NCBI GenBank assembly: GCA_965649825.1
Contig: OZ287711.1
Span: 293,201-357,200, forward strand
DNA from: Penicillus capitatus
Lineage: Eukaryota; Plantae; Chlorophyta
Reading direction: 5' to 3'
DNA length: 64,000 bases
Below, one piece after another: positions 9,784-21,314 of this stretch. The position numbers and the translations under genes are program-made. The notes below the pieces were generated by a model that was not told the DNA's origin, ran no database searches, and saw only the letters and a program-made list of their open reading frames with translations. Every line of letters begins with the position of its first letter. Positions within the stretch are counted from its first letter, which is position 1.

Positions 9784-11991
9784 AGTCTCCTCTCTGCAAA
9801 AAACATAGAAGAGAACACCTACTTTGTGAAGTGGCGATTCCGTGGCATCTTTCAGCTGTTGCGCTCACGAAGCTGGGTTGGGACTCTGTTTTTACTGACT
9901 TCTCGAATGCCGCCTACGTGCAGAAGAAACTTGGCGTTAGTTCAGAGCCCTCTCTGTCCGGGGAACTTACCTTCAGAATTTGGCGCGAAGGCGCCCCTCG
10001 TCCGTTTTTCTCTCCGGCCACGTTTCCGTCTTCCGCTTCTGCGCGCGAAGCGACCTACGAAGCCAAGACAAGCGCCGAGTGAACAGACACCGGCAGAGAC
10101 GTACCTTTCGGCGAAGTCGGCTGGCGGAGTTCGTCTTCGGGGTTCCAACACCTAAAAACGCGAAGAACTGCGCCGACGGAGACACTGTGTCGGCGTCGCA
10201 ACGACAGTGTATGTGAACTTGCCTTATGAGTTCACCGTCGCTCGTTTTGCATTTGCGCCAGTCGGAGGCTTGAAACGAAGCGCTGTCGCCAAAAAGACGG
10301 GAATGACAACCGCGTTCCGCCTTTTATGGGTTGGAAGTTCACGATGTGACGTGGCCTGACGTCAGATCGAGTCGGAGGAAATGGAGAATGCCGTCGGACA
10401 GGAGGCGCCTCTGTATAGGTTGTCGGCTCAATTTCTCCGAGAAACACAGACCCTACGCCCCAGTGATGACCGTATTGACGAATTCGCCAATCCAAGTCAC
10501 ATCGCGTTGCGCGCACCGCATCTACGCATTCAGGCGGGACTCATTAGACTGCCTGTCACATCATGAACCTTTTCATGGCCACACCGACTGTGCAAAAAAG
10601 TCACGCTCTGTCCGATGCTGCCTACCAAAGGAGAATCTGCACACTTCGTGTGGAAGGTGAGATGTGTTCTGAGCGAAAAGACGTGGATACCTCCGGTTTT
10701 CGTCCCCCAGTTGACTGTGGCGTCCAACAGGGGAGTTCGCGTTGCAGGCGATCGAGTCCATCGATGCGCATGTTTGGATTACTTTCACTTCTTTTCTGGG
10801 AATTCGGCATACTCGCCTTAAGCTCGTTCTCTGCCCGACGGACACTAGCATTCGCATGTTTGCCATTGAAAACGGGACTCTGTACATCGTCTGTCTTCTC
10901 TGTTCTTATCAATTCTATTTTCGGCACCGCTAACGTTGCAGACGAACAGCGATATGACGGGAGAGTGCGTGAAATCTGCTCGAGCTGACGTCGTTCGAGT
11001 TCGAGACTCGCCGCCAGTGCTCGTGCCTGTGTGTATATACGCTATTTAAAACACACTGCAGATGGAGTCTACTCGGTAGCGAGGTGAGAGTGGATCAGGT
11101 CAGTTGGATGACCGATCCCCCTACGCCACATGTTGCTCATATAGCGAGGCCTGACAAGGGTATCGCATTCTACCGAGAGGGACTGGGACTCTAACTGGGG
11201 GACTCGCGGCCATTATCGACTTCACTGCGAAGGATCTACAAAAAACACTAAGCAGACTTCTATAACGGCGGAGAGATCACGGTGAACAGACAATCCGGTT
11301 CAATATCTGGCAGAAGATATAGTGCCCCGAATCTCCGTGCCAAAGAATGCGTCAACGGTTACTGAAGGCAGCAGCTGCAAGCCCCGAATGGACGGACACA
11401 TGTTTGCTCGGTACAAGGACGCCGAGGATGCGTAGCGTTTGGCGTTTCGTTCGATGAGCGCCGCCACTGGTTTCTGATGACGTGATTTGTAGAGATGGAC
11501 TCAAAGAAGTTTCCAGTCCTACTGAGTACTCGCGTTTCGCGACAGGATTGCGGCGTCCATGCCCTAACTGACCTTCCTTCGAGGCGTCTCGGCAGACGGA
11601 TCTGTTACGCGATTGATTTATCGTCGCGTTCTCACCGATTGTTTTTCCGTACGCGGTGTGACTTTTCGCAATCTACGATGGCCTCCCTAAGAACGTTTGC
11701 TGTTGTGTTGGAAACGATGTGCCAGACGCTCGTTCTGTACTGGAGAGCATGCACGCCACTAGCGCAGCCATATGACAGCCAGAGAAAGTTAACAGTACTC
11801 TGTGCGCTGTGCTTTGATTCGCAGCACTTATCTAGATTGGACGTTTGATGTTCCAATTTCATTCGACACGATAAGTACAATCTTCATCTACCGTATGCTG
11901 CAAACCACCATCATCCAAGCGTCACACATAAAGTCGGCTGCTTTCCTTTCGAACAGAGCGAGAGCTCTCTCGTGCTGTGTAGATTTCAGGC

Positions 11992-14900
11992 ATGTTTTCC
12001 AAAGAGATACAAGATGGGCCCGGCGACACTACGGCGGGTGGCCATCAAAACGGCAGCGGCCCCGAAGCACGACCAGCAGGACAAAGCGATAATGTTTCAG
12101 ACGAGAAGAAACTGAGGGCTCTCATTAGAGAGAAGAGCATCGACTCAACGACATCTCTGGTCCGAGCTTATAACGGCTCGGCGACTGGAGAGACGGAACA
12201 GCTCCTTCACAAATTTCTCTGCATTTACAGCGCGAAGAAAGAGCAGTACATCAATCCCAACACCGTCATGGAGTACGCGGAGCTCTGCAAGATAACGCCA
12301 AGGACGGACGACGACAGAGAGCTCCTCCACGAGTTGGTCTCGGCTCTCGCTGGTCGGATTCCCGACGGAGAATTTGCCGTCGAAAGCGTCGCGGAGGCGC
12401 TGTACAGGTCGTTGCTCTGGACACCTCCAGCAATTATCCAGGAAGACCTGACCGGACTCACAGCAATGGCGGACAAGCTCACGGCCAGCCTACATCCGAC
12501 GCCACGGCTGACGGAGGCTAACTTCCCTTCACATGAGGCCACATTCATGGCACTGCACGAAGTCTTCGTCCTCATGCAGAGGACAGCGCGCGAGAAGGTG
12601 ACGGCGGAGGAGAAGAAGAGGTTCCAGTCGAGCCTCAGGGCGAAGCGTTCGTCGATGGGCGACTCATGCAAGCGCTATCCCGTCCAGTACTACTTTAGAC
12701 TCATCGAACAGAGCATCCAGCGACTAGAGCTCGATGCTGAGCCTTCTCCGATTCTCAAGGCCATCCATTGCTTGTACATCATCACCTGCGGGTTCCTGCA
12801 CATCTCCCACGCAGTGAAGCAAATAGCAAAACTCGATATCGATCCCTCTCAGCTGAAAGCGCTGCCTGGCAATCTGAAAGAATTAGTTGCCGACATAGAC
12901 GTTGCCGAGAGTCAATGGTACGATCTGCTTCAGGCTCTCAGCGTTGCGGGCAGGGAATGCGTCCGTGATCACCAGAAGCTTGAGATCTTCGAGAACAGCT
13001 ACAAGACCGTGGAAGAATCTATTTTGAAGATGCGACGACGTAATGAAGACGGCAAGGCTCTGCTGTTTGGGCTCATGCAAGAGCTCCGTCACCTCGCGTT
13101 AGTTCAAGGCTCTTCAGAAGTTCGCACATCAGGATCATCGAAGCTCTTTGCTCTGGCGGAGACCGTTTCCAATAGCGTTTGGGTCAAAGACAAAGACATT
13201 GTGGAAGCGTTGCTCCGCTGTCTTCACGCCGTCCGTTCCAGAGGCAACGATGCTGAGGCAGCGTTGAGATCCTCGCAGCGACTGATCGACTCCGTCAAGT
13301 CGAAGGCAGTCAGTAAAGCCGTGCGAGAATGGACGGGCGACAAGTCGCTCGAAGAGAAGCTCGGGGAAGCAGTACATTCGCCACCGGAGCCGAATGGGCA
13401 GCTTTTCCATGCAATGGGTCAAGAGATCGACCTCGTTCCATTGGAAGAGGTAAGCAGCAACATTGAATATCTCAGAATCCTGTACCGAAGCAAAAGATTT
13501 GCGACGGTAAGGCTGCACTCTCAACTGTTCCTAGACACTGAGGGCCTTGTGTCGAAGGTGTCTTCTCTGTTCGACGAAGACGTGTGCGAGCACGTAAACT
13601 CCATGAAGCGTCACATCGTTATCTGCCAGACTGTCGAGGAAAACCATAGTGTCGTGTCAGAGCAAAGAGACTCTCAGCAAAGAGAAGACGGCCCTCCAGC
13701 TGAAGGCATTGTCAAGATGCCGATCGCGTTGGAGGACCTTTTCAAACCAAAACCTCCGAAGAAGGACGCGCCATTGCAGGATATTCGACAGATCTTGTTT
13801 CACGGGAAGCCAGGCTCGGGGAAGACGTGCGTCGGCAAGGCAGTCGCACACATGTGGGCGACAGGTCAGGCCTGGCCCGAGGTCGGCGCCGTTTACGTCC
13901 TACCCGCAAGAGAGCTCAATGACCTAGGACTCAACAGGGACGAAGATAGATCGCTCGTCGTGTCGATCGTCAAGCATTGTTTCACCGTCGAGCGTGTGTC
14001 CGACCGAGGACTGCGCGCTCAAGTGGACGACCAGCTGGACCTCGACACGACGTTGCTCGTCATCGACGGGTTGGACGAAGCAAACAAGACGGCCAACGAG
14101 ATGTTGACGTCGGCGAGGCGTAGGCGATGCAGAGTCCTGTGGCTAACGCGTCCATACAATCTCAGGTCGATGCGTGAATTCGCAGACATCGAAGTGGAGT
14201 GCCTGGGATTCAGCGACGAACAAGTCGAGACGTATGTGGAGAAAGAGGTGCCGTTGGACAGCGGACGAGAGCTATTCGACGTCCTAAAGTCGAATGCCTC
14301 GTTGTGGGAAGTTGCCCACGTCCCAGTGATGGCCCACATCCTCAGCTTCCTGTGGAAAGAGGGAGTTGTGAACTTCGGCGGAGGCCGTCGATTGTGTCCC
14401 GCTTCGATGTACGCCGACATGGTCAACTACATTTGGCGTCGTTTCTTGAAGAAGGCGGGAGAGGAGAAGGCCACGCGCAAAGAGGTCTTTGCAACGCTGG
14501 AAGCAATTGCATTCGACGCTCTGCGCGAAGACCGCATCCTCATCAGCATGAGCTTCGTGGAGCGTCGTGAGGCTTCCTTGAATGTCAAGGAGGTGCTGAG
14601 GCACAGTGGATTCCTACTGTTCAAGGCAGAAGGGCTCGACTACCAGTTTCCGCATCTGACCTTCCAGGAATACTTTGCAGCGAGGTGGCTCGCGCACAGC
14701 CTGAATAAGGCGACCGAATCAGACGAGCACAGGAAGGCGCTGGACTTCTTGCGAGAGGAGAAGTATTTGGATAGACACAGGACGACGCTGATGTTCCTGG
14801 CCCAGCAGCTGGCGGTACAGCAGGGAGTCGCCGGATTGCCAGAACTGCTGTCAAGCCTCGACGAGGAACCGATTGAAGTTGTCGGTCTGCAACATCTGCT

Positions 14901-16929
14901 CCTGAAACTTCGCGTTGCGGAATCGTGGCTGACGGCGCTGGACGATTCGAACATAGACGCCTTCTGTCACTGCGACGCCGTTGTTCAACTCATTGACGTC
15001 TCGATATCCGTACCTAGACTTCCAGACAAATTGCTGGTGCGCCGTGAGTTCGGTGATCTTTTTCGACACGTGATTCTGCAATGCCCCACTTTGTTCGCCA
15101 CTGTTCCCAAGATTCTCGATCATCTGACAAAGGAAACGATAGTCAGATACACAGTGCAATACGGTGTGTTCAGAGAAGTTGTTAGAGCCGCGAAACATTC
15201 CCCCGGACACTTGAAGATATTGGTCGAAGAAGCCCGGCGTAACATACTGAGCGCTGTTAAGCTGGATCGCTATATTGGAATGGACATGCTGAGAGAACTA
15301 CTGGACTGTGCACCTCAGCTGTCTGCAGATCTTTTGTCGCTGTGCGAGATGGTGCTTCTGAACAAGATTTTCAGTGGTCCGGGAACGTCATTGCAAGCCG
15401 TGATCAGTGTCTTGACAGATACGAAGAATATTCCGTCCGGGCTGTTGTCTCTGCTTGAAAGAACGAGCGCAAATCCGAATAAGTCTGCCAGGAAGGCTGT
15501 CATGGAAGCGATCGGGAGCTTTGCGTCTGCGGCCTCCGAACATTACAGTCGTATTCTGTCGCTCATAAAGAGAGCTTGCGAGGACGAAGATGTGGATGTC
15601 TGCCAGGAGGCACTGAGAGTCATCAGGCATTTCGTTTCAGAACAGGAATTCCTACTTGCTGACCTCATTCCGGTGGTAGAGCGCCTTACCCGTGATGAAA
15701 ACGAAGAGATTCGACGAGAAGCAATCAAGACGGTCGAGTGCATGGGCAGAAAATCGTCACAGGTCTGGTCGCTGCTTCCACCTCTGTGCCACTCGATGTG
15801 CTCGGCCGAGAAAGCAAGTGTGCGACGAGATGCGGTTGAGATGGCTGGACGTCTGGCAGCGTACATACCGCCACTCCGAGGCGATCTAGTACCCTTGATA
15901 GAGGCAGGCTGCGCGGACGAATGCGCTGTCGTCCGGGCAGCAGGAATGTGGGCAATCAAGCTCCTTGCCGCCAGATCCTCAGAGAATTCAGACCACTTGT
16001 TACGCACAGCTGCAGCGGGGTATGTGGATGAGAACGCCTCCGTCCGTCGAGCAGCGATGGAAGCCATCAGCCGTCTCGTTTCGGCTTCGCACCTTTCAGA
16101 AGATATCCTGTCGCTGGTCCAGAGAGGGTGCCTGGATGGGGATGTCCATGTGCGTCTGTGGGCGGTTGATGCACTGGGCCGACTCTCTTCCGCTGCGCCT
16201 CACCTTTCAGAAGGCATCCTCGTGTTGCTGCGCGAGAGTTGCTCCGATGAAAACGTCCACGTGAGGCAGTGGTCGATGGAAGCCATCGGGAATCTGGCTT
16301 CAGCCGTACCAGATCTCGCTGTCGACATCTTGCCGTTGTTGCGAGTCGGTTGCTCGGACGGTGAGGAGCACGTGCGCTTGTGGGCCTTAAAGGCAATCAG
16401 CCAATTGGCAGCAGCTGCACCACATCTTTCGGAGAGTCTTTTGCCGCCGCTGAGAAACGTCAACGCAGGCGAAGACGCACACATGATGAAGAGAGCGGAC
16501 GAGGCGATGAGGGCCATTTCATCAGCGACGTCTCTGCGTCTCTTTCCCCGTCTTCTCGGCGCATCCGAAACCGAACGTGCGACAGACAGACCGATGGGAT
16601 CAGGAGCAGGGGCCAGTAACAAAACCGCGTTGGCTTTTGAAGATGTTCTGAGAGAAGCTATTGAGACAATGTGGCCGACCAAGTCACATCAATTTGCATC
16701 TTGGTTTCTGTACGAAGCTGTCACCGTGGAGAAGACAAAGAAAAGCGGATACGGTAGAGTCGTACTGCATTCGACAGATAAAAGAGTCGTTGGCGAGTAT
16801 CCTATGGAGCACCTGAAGCAATTCCTGTCTGCTGTCGCCGAGACTCTCGACATATTTTATGATGGACTGTCGATTCCATTACGTAAAATCACGACGAAGA
16901 AGTGCGAGAAGGACAGACAGATCCAATAA
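11992..16929 (+). CDS. NLR-like STAND protein: helical N-terminal domain + NACHT NTPase + HEAT repeats, paralogue 1
   Basis: 1645-aa ORF with Walker A GKPGSGKT, Walker B LLVIDGLDE, LWLTRP, winged-helix YQFPHLTFQEYFAA, and about 39-aa HEAT repeats (e.g. DENVHVRQWSMEAIGNLA). A probable in-frame intron lies at 13507-13557. Confidence 0.92.
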   Translation: MFSKEIQDGPGDTTAGGHQNGSGPEARPAGQSDNVSDEKKLRALIREKSIDSTTSLVRAYNGSATGETEQLLHKFLCIYSAKKEQYINPNTVMEYAELCKITPRTDDDRELLHELVSALAGRIPDGEFAVESVAEALYRSLLWTPPAIIQEDLTGLTAMADKLTASLHPTPRLTEANFPSHEATFMALHEVFVLMQRTAREKVTAEEKKRFQSSLRAKRSSMGDSCKRYPVQYYFRLIEQSIQRLELDAEPSPILKAIHCLYIITCGFLHISHAVKQIAKLDIDPSQLKALPGNLKELVADIDVAESQWYDLLQALSVAGRECVRDHQKLEIFENSYKTVEESILKMRRRNEDGKALLFGLMQELRHLALVQGSSEVRTSGSSKLFALAETVSNSVWVKDKDIVEALLRCLHAVRSRGNDAEAALRSSQRLIDSVKSKAVSKAVREWTGDKSLEEKLGEAVHSPPEPNGQLFHAMGQEIDLVPLEEVSSNIEYLRILYRSKRFATVRLHSQLFLDTEGLVSKVSSLFDEDVCEHVNSMKRHIVICQTVEENHSVVSEQRDSQQREDGPPAEGIVKMPIALEDLFKPKPPKKDAPLQDIRQILFHGKPGSGKTCVGKAVAHMWATGQAWPEVGAVYVLPARELNDLGLNRDEDRSLVVSIVKHCFTVERVSDRGLRAQVDDQLDLDTTLLVIDGLDEANKTANEMLTSARRRRCRVLWLTRPYNLRSMREFADIEVECLGFSDEQVETYVEKEVPLDSGRELFDVLKSNASLWEVAHVPVMAHILSFLWKEGVVNFGGGRRLCPASMYADMVNYIWRRFLKKAGEEKATRKEVFATLEAIAFDALREDRILISMSFVERREASLNVKEVLRHSGFLLFKAEGLDYQFPHLTFQEYFAARWLAHSLNKATESDEHRKALDFLREEKYLDRHRTTLMFLAQQLAVQQGVAGLPELLSSLDEEPIEVVGLQHLLLKLRVAESWLTALDDSNIDAFCHCDAVVQLIDVSISVPRLPDKLLVRREFGDLFRHVILQCPTLFATVPKILDHLTKETIVRYTVQYGVFREVVRAAKHSPGHLKILVEEARRNILSAVKLDRYIGMDMLRELLDCAPQLSADLLSLCEMVLLNKIFSGPGTSLQAVISVLTDTKNIPSGLLSLLERTSANPNKSARKAVMEAIGSFASAASEHYSRILSLIKRACEDEDVDVCQEALRVIRHFVSEQEFLLADLIPVVERLTRDENEEIRREAIKTVECMGRKSSQVWSLLPPLCHSMCSAEKASVRRDAVEMAGRLAAYIPPLRGDLVPLIEAGCADECAVVRAAGMWAIKLLAARSSENSDHLLRTAAAGYVDENASVRRAAMEAISRLVSASHLSEDILSLVQRGCLDGDVHVRLWAVDALGRLSSAAPHLSEGILVLLRESCSDENVHVRQWSMEAIGNLASAVPDLAVDILPLLRVGCSDGEEHVRLWALKAISQLAAAAPHLSESLLPPLRNVNAGEDAHMMKRADEAMRAISSATSLRLFPRLLGASETERATDRPMGSGAGASNKTALAFEDVLREAIETMWPTKSHQFASWFLYEAVTVEKTKKSGYGRVVLHSTDKRVVGEYPMEHLKQFLSAVAETLDIFYDGLSIPLRKITTKKCEKDRQIQ

Positions 16930-18194
16930 CTGCAAACCGTCCGTCGACTCCACTTCATTCCTTACGCACACGCGAGACAGGACCCGTCCATATCAGAGCC
17001 TTTTTTTCTGATCTTTCCTGCTTTCAGATTTCGTCCAGTTAGTTTATAAACTTGTGAAAGAAGCAAAACAGAACGCCGACCTCTTCCATATTGGAGAGTT
17101 TTCGAGGACGAAACCAACTTCACATTTAATTCAGCACTTAAGTCCTTGAAAGGATTTCTCATGAATAGATTGTTTCTTGCCTTTGCCGTCTGTGTCTGAG
17201 TGGAATGCACATGTCGAAGAAGTTCTTTCCTTTACTCGACAGAAAAAGATGAAAGGAAAGACAGCGTTCACAAAGACGCTTGGAACGATTGTGTAAAATG
17301 TTCGTTTCGGTTGAAAGCGGCGAAGTCCTACCGTGGCCCTGACTGGAAACGACGCTAGATACGTTATCTCTCTCTGATCCGGGGCAGTTTGTTTTACTGT
17401 GCCGTTTTTGGTAATTTCTATGAACTAAGCTTGAAAAACTGCGTGGACGTTGCGTTGACAGCATTCCTCTATTTTGCGGAAGAGTTCTTCGTAAGCGGCT
17501 ATCCATAACGGGTTGCGATCATGATTCGCTCACGTCAGCTTTGAATCTTCGGACTCTGAACGAAGATGAGCACGTAAGCACTCTCCTTAATTATCGGCGA
17601 GAAATTAATCCCACCGCAGTCGCAGGGGTCGAAACAGGACTATGCATTTCCACGTCTTTGATGCTACGGCATTTGCTTCGCACTGCTCGGTCGGTGTTAC
17701 ATAAATGAGGCGTTAGCAAGTGGTTTGTGCACGATCTCTTCTCGTTTCAGTCAGAAGCCATCCAGTCTCGCTGCACAGCGCCATTTCAAATAGGTTTTCT
17801 GCAAACATCGCTCCTTCTGGACACAAACGAAGTTTGTTCATGAATGGAGGGTTCTCCGTTACTGCTGGCGGAACATCTCGAAACGCACAGAACCGCACGC
17901 CCGCCCTTCGTTTTTTTTTCAGTGCGTTGCCTGAGGTCTCGAGAAGCGCTGCACATCATAGTCACCGGCAATGAACGCGACAGTCGAGACGCGTCCAGAT
18001 GTCAGAATCGTGTGATACGATATCTCTCTCAACCTCGTATCGTTGACCTCCAAGTCGTATCAGACACTTTGGCAAATCTTTTCTCGGATGACCTTTACCT
18101 GGTATCTGTTACTAAGTCGCTCCTCACTTCCGCTTTTTTGCTTCCTACGCGCAATACTGTTTCGCGTTGACAAGGACGTTCGCGTTTGCACCGA

Positions 18195-19391
18195 ATGGAG
18201 GACCGACCTGGCTTCTCGCAGTTTCCCGTGTTCCTCGTCGTTGGGAGAACGCGCGTCGGAAAAGGCGAATTCATCTCCACCGCCCACCGCATTCTCAAAG
18301 GAAGCGCGCTTCCGAACATCGTATCCAGCCGTCTGGTTTCGCACACGAAAGAGACGAAGGGATATCCCGTGAGTCTCGGCGAACGCGACGTTCGAATGGT
18401 GGACACCGTCGGCTTCGACAACAGCAGCGGCACGGACATTCCCGAAGAGACGCTTCTGCGTTTTCTCGAAGAGACTGGAAAGGCAGACTTCTATCCGCCG
18501 CTCGTCATACTCCAGACGCTGTCCGCAATGGAGAAGGATCTGCTGACGAAGATGTCTGCTGTCTTCTCGCATATCGTCGTGGCTGTTCGAATGGCTGATG
18601 CATCCGCACTGGACGAAACGCGACGCGACATTGCTTTTGAGTGTCGGATAGAGCCGATCAAGGCCTTCCACCTGCAAGGGTTTGTGTCCGCGAAGCTCGA
18701 CGGTGGGATTAGTCGCCGACTGTATGACACAGGCGTCCAGGATATACTGGATTTCTACGGCGGCCTGACTCCCTCCAGAAGGGCACTGGACTTCTCGAGT
18801 TCGCTGTTCGCTGGAGAGTGTGTGAGAACGCCGTGCTCGTCGGAGACAAAATGCGTCGCAGTTTCGCACGAGCGCCACGAAACACGACGAGAGAGGAGGA
18901 CGACAAAGGTTCCCGTGATAATGACCCTCGCGCACGGTGGCCACTACGAAGAAGCGAATCCCTCTGTGGCCAAGGCCTTCAACTGGGGATCCGGCGCTTG
19001 CTCGGGGATAGGAATGCAGGCCGCCATTACTGCTGTTGCCGCTTCGGCCTCTGCTGCTGCGTTTGTCACACCTGTTTTGTGGGTGTGTGCCGGAATCGCC
19101 TGTCAGTACGCGTCGATGAAGGCGGGTGAAGACATCTGGGTTAGCGACACGAGGCAGGGGATCGCATACCTCGACGAAGAGAAGGAAGTCGACGTGAGAT
19201 ACGTCGTCACACAGAAGCTCCGCAGGACGTTTGTGAGAGAGGTACAGGAAGTGTGGAAGATACTTGCTGGCGAGATCAAGATCTTTAAGGCATACGAGTA
19301 CGGTCCGTGGAAGGAAGCAGGCGACGAGCGTCTGGACAGGTTCGAAACGGAACTGCCATCAGATCTGCCCGAGGGAAAACGTGTTGACTGA
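18195..19391 (+). CDS. P-loop GTPase-like protein (variant G1 GRTRVGKG) with hydrophobic segment, paralogue 2
   Basis: Clear paralogue of 6862-7947: VVGRTRVGKGEFIST, VDTVGFDNSSG, YPPLV, RRTFVREVQEVWKIL. First ATG at 18195. Confidence 0.8.
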   Translation: MEDRPGFSQFPVFLVVGRTRVGKGEFISTAHRILKGSALPNIVSSRLVSHTKETKGYPVSLGERDVRMVDTVGFDNSSGTDIPEETLLRFLEETGKADFYPPLVILQTLSAMEKDLLTKMSAVFSHIVVAVRMADASALDETRRDIAFECRIEPIKAFHLQGFVSAKLDGGISRRLYDTGVQDILDFYGGLTPSRRALDFSSSLFAGECVRTPCSSETKCVAVSHERHETRRERRTTKVPVIMTLAHGGHYEEANPSVAKAFNWGSGACSGIGMQAAITAVAASASAAAFVTPVLWVCAGIACQYASMKAGEDIWVSDTRQGIAYLDEEKEVDVRYVVTQKLRRTFVREVQEVWKILAGEIKIFKAYEYGPWKEAGDERLDRFETELPSDLPEGKRVD

Positions 19392-21314
19392 ACATCTCTA
19401 TTCGTAACCGGCGCCGCCGTAAACATTATCGATGTATGTCTTTTAACAGAATTCGCGTTGTTGCGCAGCAAATCTTCTGCCAATGTGTGCGGACGAAAGA
19501 AAAGAACGGTTATACAAAAAAGGGTACTAGCGCACATTGCTGTAACGACGAATCTCGCGCAGAAAGCATTCGTTTGCACCAACGAGCAATGCGTGTACGT
19601 TTTTTCTGTCGACGACGAAAACAGGATGTCGATTCGAACCGCCGTCGGCAAAGGTACAACGTTGCAAAAAGACACTGTCTTGCGTTTGCGACATATTTCA
19701 CGTCGCATTTGAACTCGTTATTCCATCGAAGAGGACACGAGGGAGTAAGTAGTGCGAAACAAAAGAGTTTGCAAGTGGAATGTGAGCGCCGTCACTGCTG
19801 TCTTAGTCCGCATCGCCTTACTCGTCTGACAAAATCGACAAAGATCCTATCGCGGACGTTTTGCATCTGCTTTATCGTCGTTACAGTCCAAGAAAACCCC
19901 ATGGGGCTGCGTATGCAGAAACAGGACTAGTCAATACAGGAGTCACAAATAATCTTCTTTCGACGAGATCTTCGATAGAATAAAGAATGGCACATTCAAG
20001 TATGGAGATGGTTTAGTGATTAGAAACAACAACACGAGGAATACCGAGCTGCTCACAGGAAACGGTAGGTTTGTTAGGCAGTGTCGCCGACATCGAGTTT
20101 TAGACGTCGCGGCATTTAATGTGTAATTCAGCGGAAGCGTGGAAGCGTTGCTGTGAAATCGTGTCAAATCTCGAGATGAACTTGCACGAAGATGCGCGTG
20201 AGGTTCTCACGTGGCGACGGGAACGCCTACGAACATACAAATAGAGTTCTTAATGATGTCACATATGAACCGAGAACATTCAAGTAACCTTTAGTTTCAG
20301 AATAGTATACATTCAATCCTTGCAACCTTCGACCACAATCGTAAGATTCATGCATAACTTTTGTGTCGAGCAACGTTCGAAACAGCGGAGATCTCGGTAT
20401 GCTTCTTACTCTGCACGAATCAGTCGTAACTCGGCGAAAAAGAACTTCAACGAATCTCCCCGTCTACGATGAAGAGGATTAGGTGAAGTCTTGGCGTATC
20501 TTGTGCCGTTTGTCTGATCAAAAAAACCCAATCACCGGCTGTAAACAGTGCCTGGGGCCATCGAAGCGGCGGGATGCGTGCCTCATCGAGGAATAGTGTT
20601 GTCTTGCGTTTGGAAGTGATGACACGAGTGTGACACGATGCAAGAATAACAAGAGGCATGAGGCCACGTGGATTTCGGCATTTAAGCGCACAATTCGTCT
20701 TACGTGCGTTCTTTTGCCAAGAGTTAACCATTGCCACAGTTGGTTCACTGCGATACTCGCATCCGAGGAAGGGTCTACAGGGAAATCCTTCATACGTGGT
20801 TCACGGGAGTGTGCGGTGACAAAGATCCATCTTGTGGAACTCTCGAAGCTGACTGCTGTTCGAATGAAAAGATCAGAGAGGATGTACATACATTCGAAAA
20901 CCATGTCCACCGATACTTTCTGATGACAAATTCTGACTATAGAGGTGTTTGGTCCGATAGCGAATGCGTGCGAAGATGCATGCCAAGTGGAAGTAGAACT
21001 GTGTCTAATGTTTTTAGACTTCTGTTTTGCAGTACCGCGCGCTGCGTCAAGTAGACAGGATAAGCCATATCGAAGTCTTAGCGGGTTTCGCGACCGAAAG
21101 CGAGAGACGTCGCGTTTTCGTCACGTTAACTTAAAAACCTGTTTCGAAGAACATGCAGCACCGTTTGACGATATGCAAACTTGTATGTCGATCTTTTCGT
21201 TTTTTTTTTCTTCTATTTTAGCAGAGAAGAAGAAGAGAAGTCATGTCACAGCTTTGTACGTTGAGCCCAATCTTAGAGATCAGCACGAAAAGAAAAAAAC
21301 TCTGGTATGCAATT

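Noticed and set aside
9981-9995. TGGCGC.. as a PBS of a second LTR element
   Set aside because: There is no CA-ending LTR before it and no gag-like ORF after it.
17611-17640. Reverse-strand GTTTCGACCCC resembling a tRNA T-loop or B-box
   Set aside because: It is not the GGTTCGA consensus, and no cloverleaf or A-box could be built.
11992-19391. Bacterial contaminant or prophage as the source of the intronless genes
   Set aside because: There is no operon structure, spacers are over 1 kb, and the genes are interleaved with intron-containing F-box-LRR genes and a Gypsy element. Ancient HGT remains open, but current bacterial DNA is unlikely.
19960-20250. EIFDRIKNGTFKY, a kinase-like fragment
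   Set aside because: It is bounded by stops within a few codons and has no other kinase motifs.
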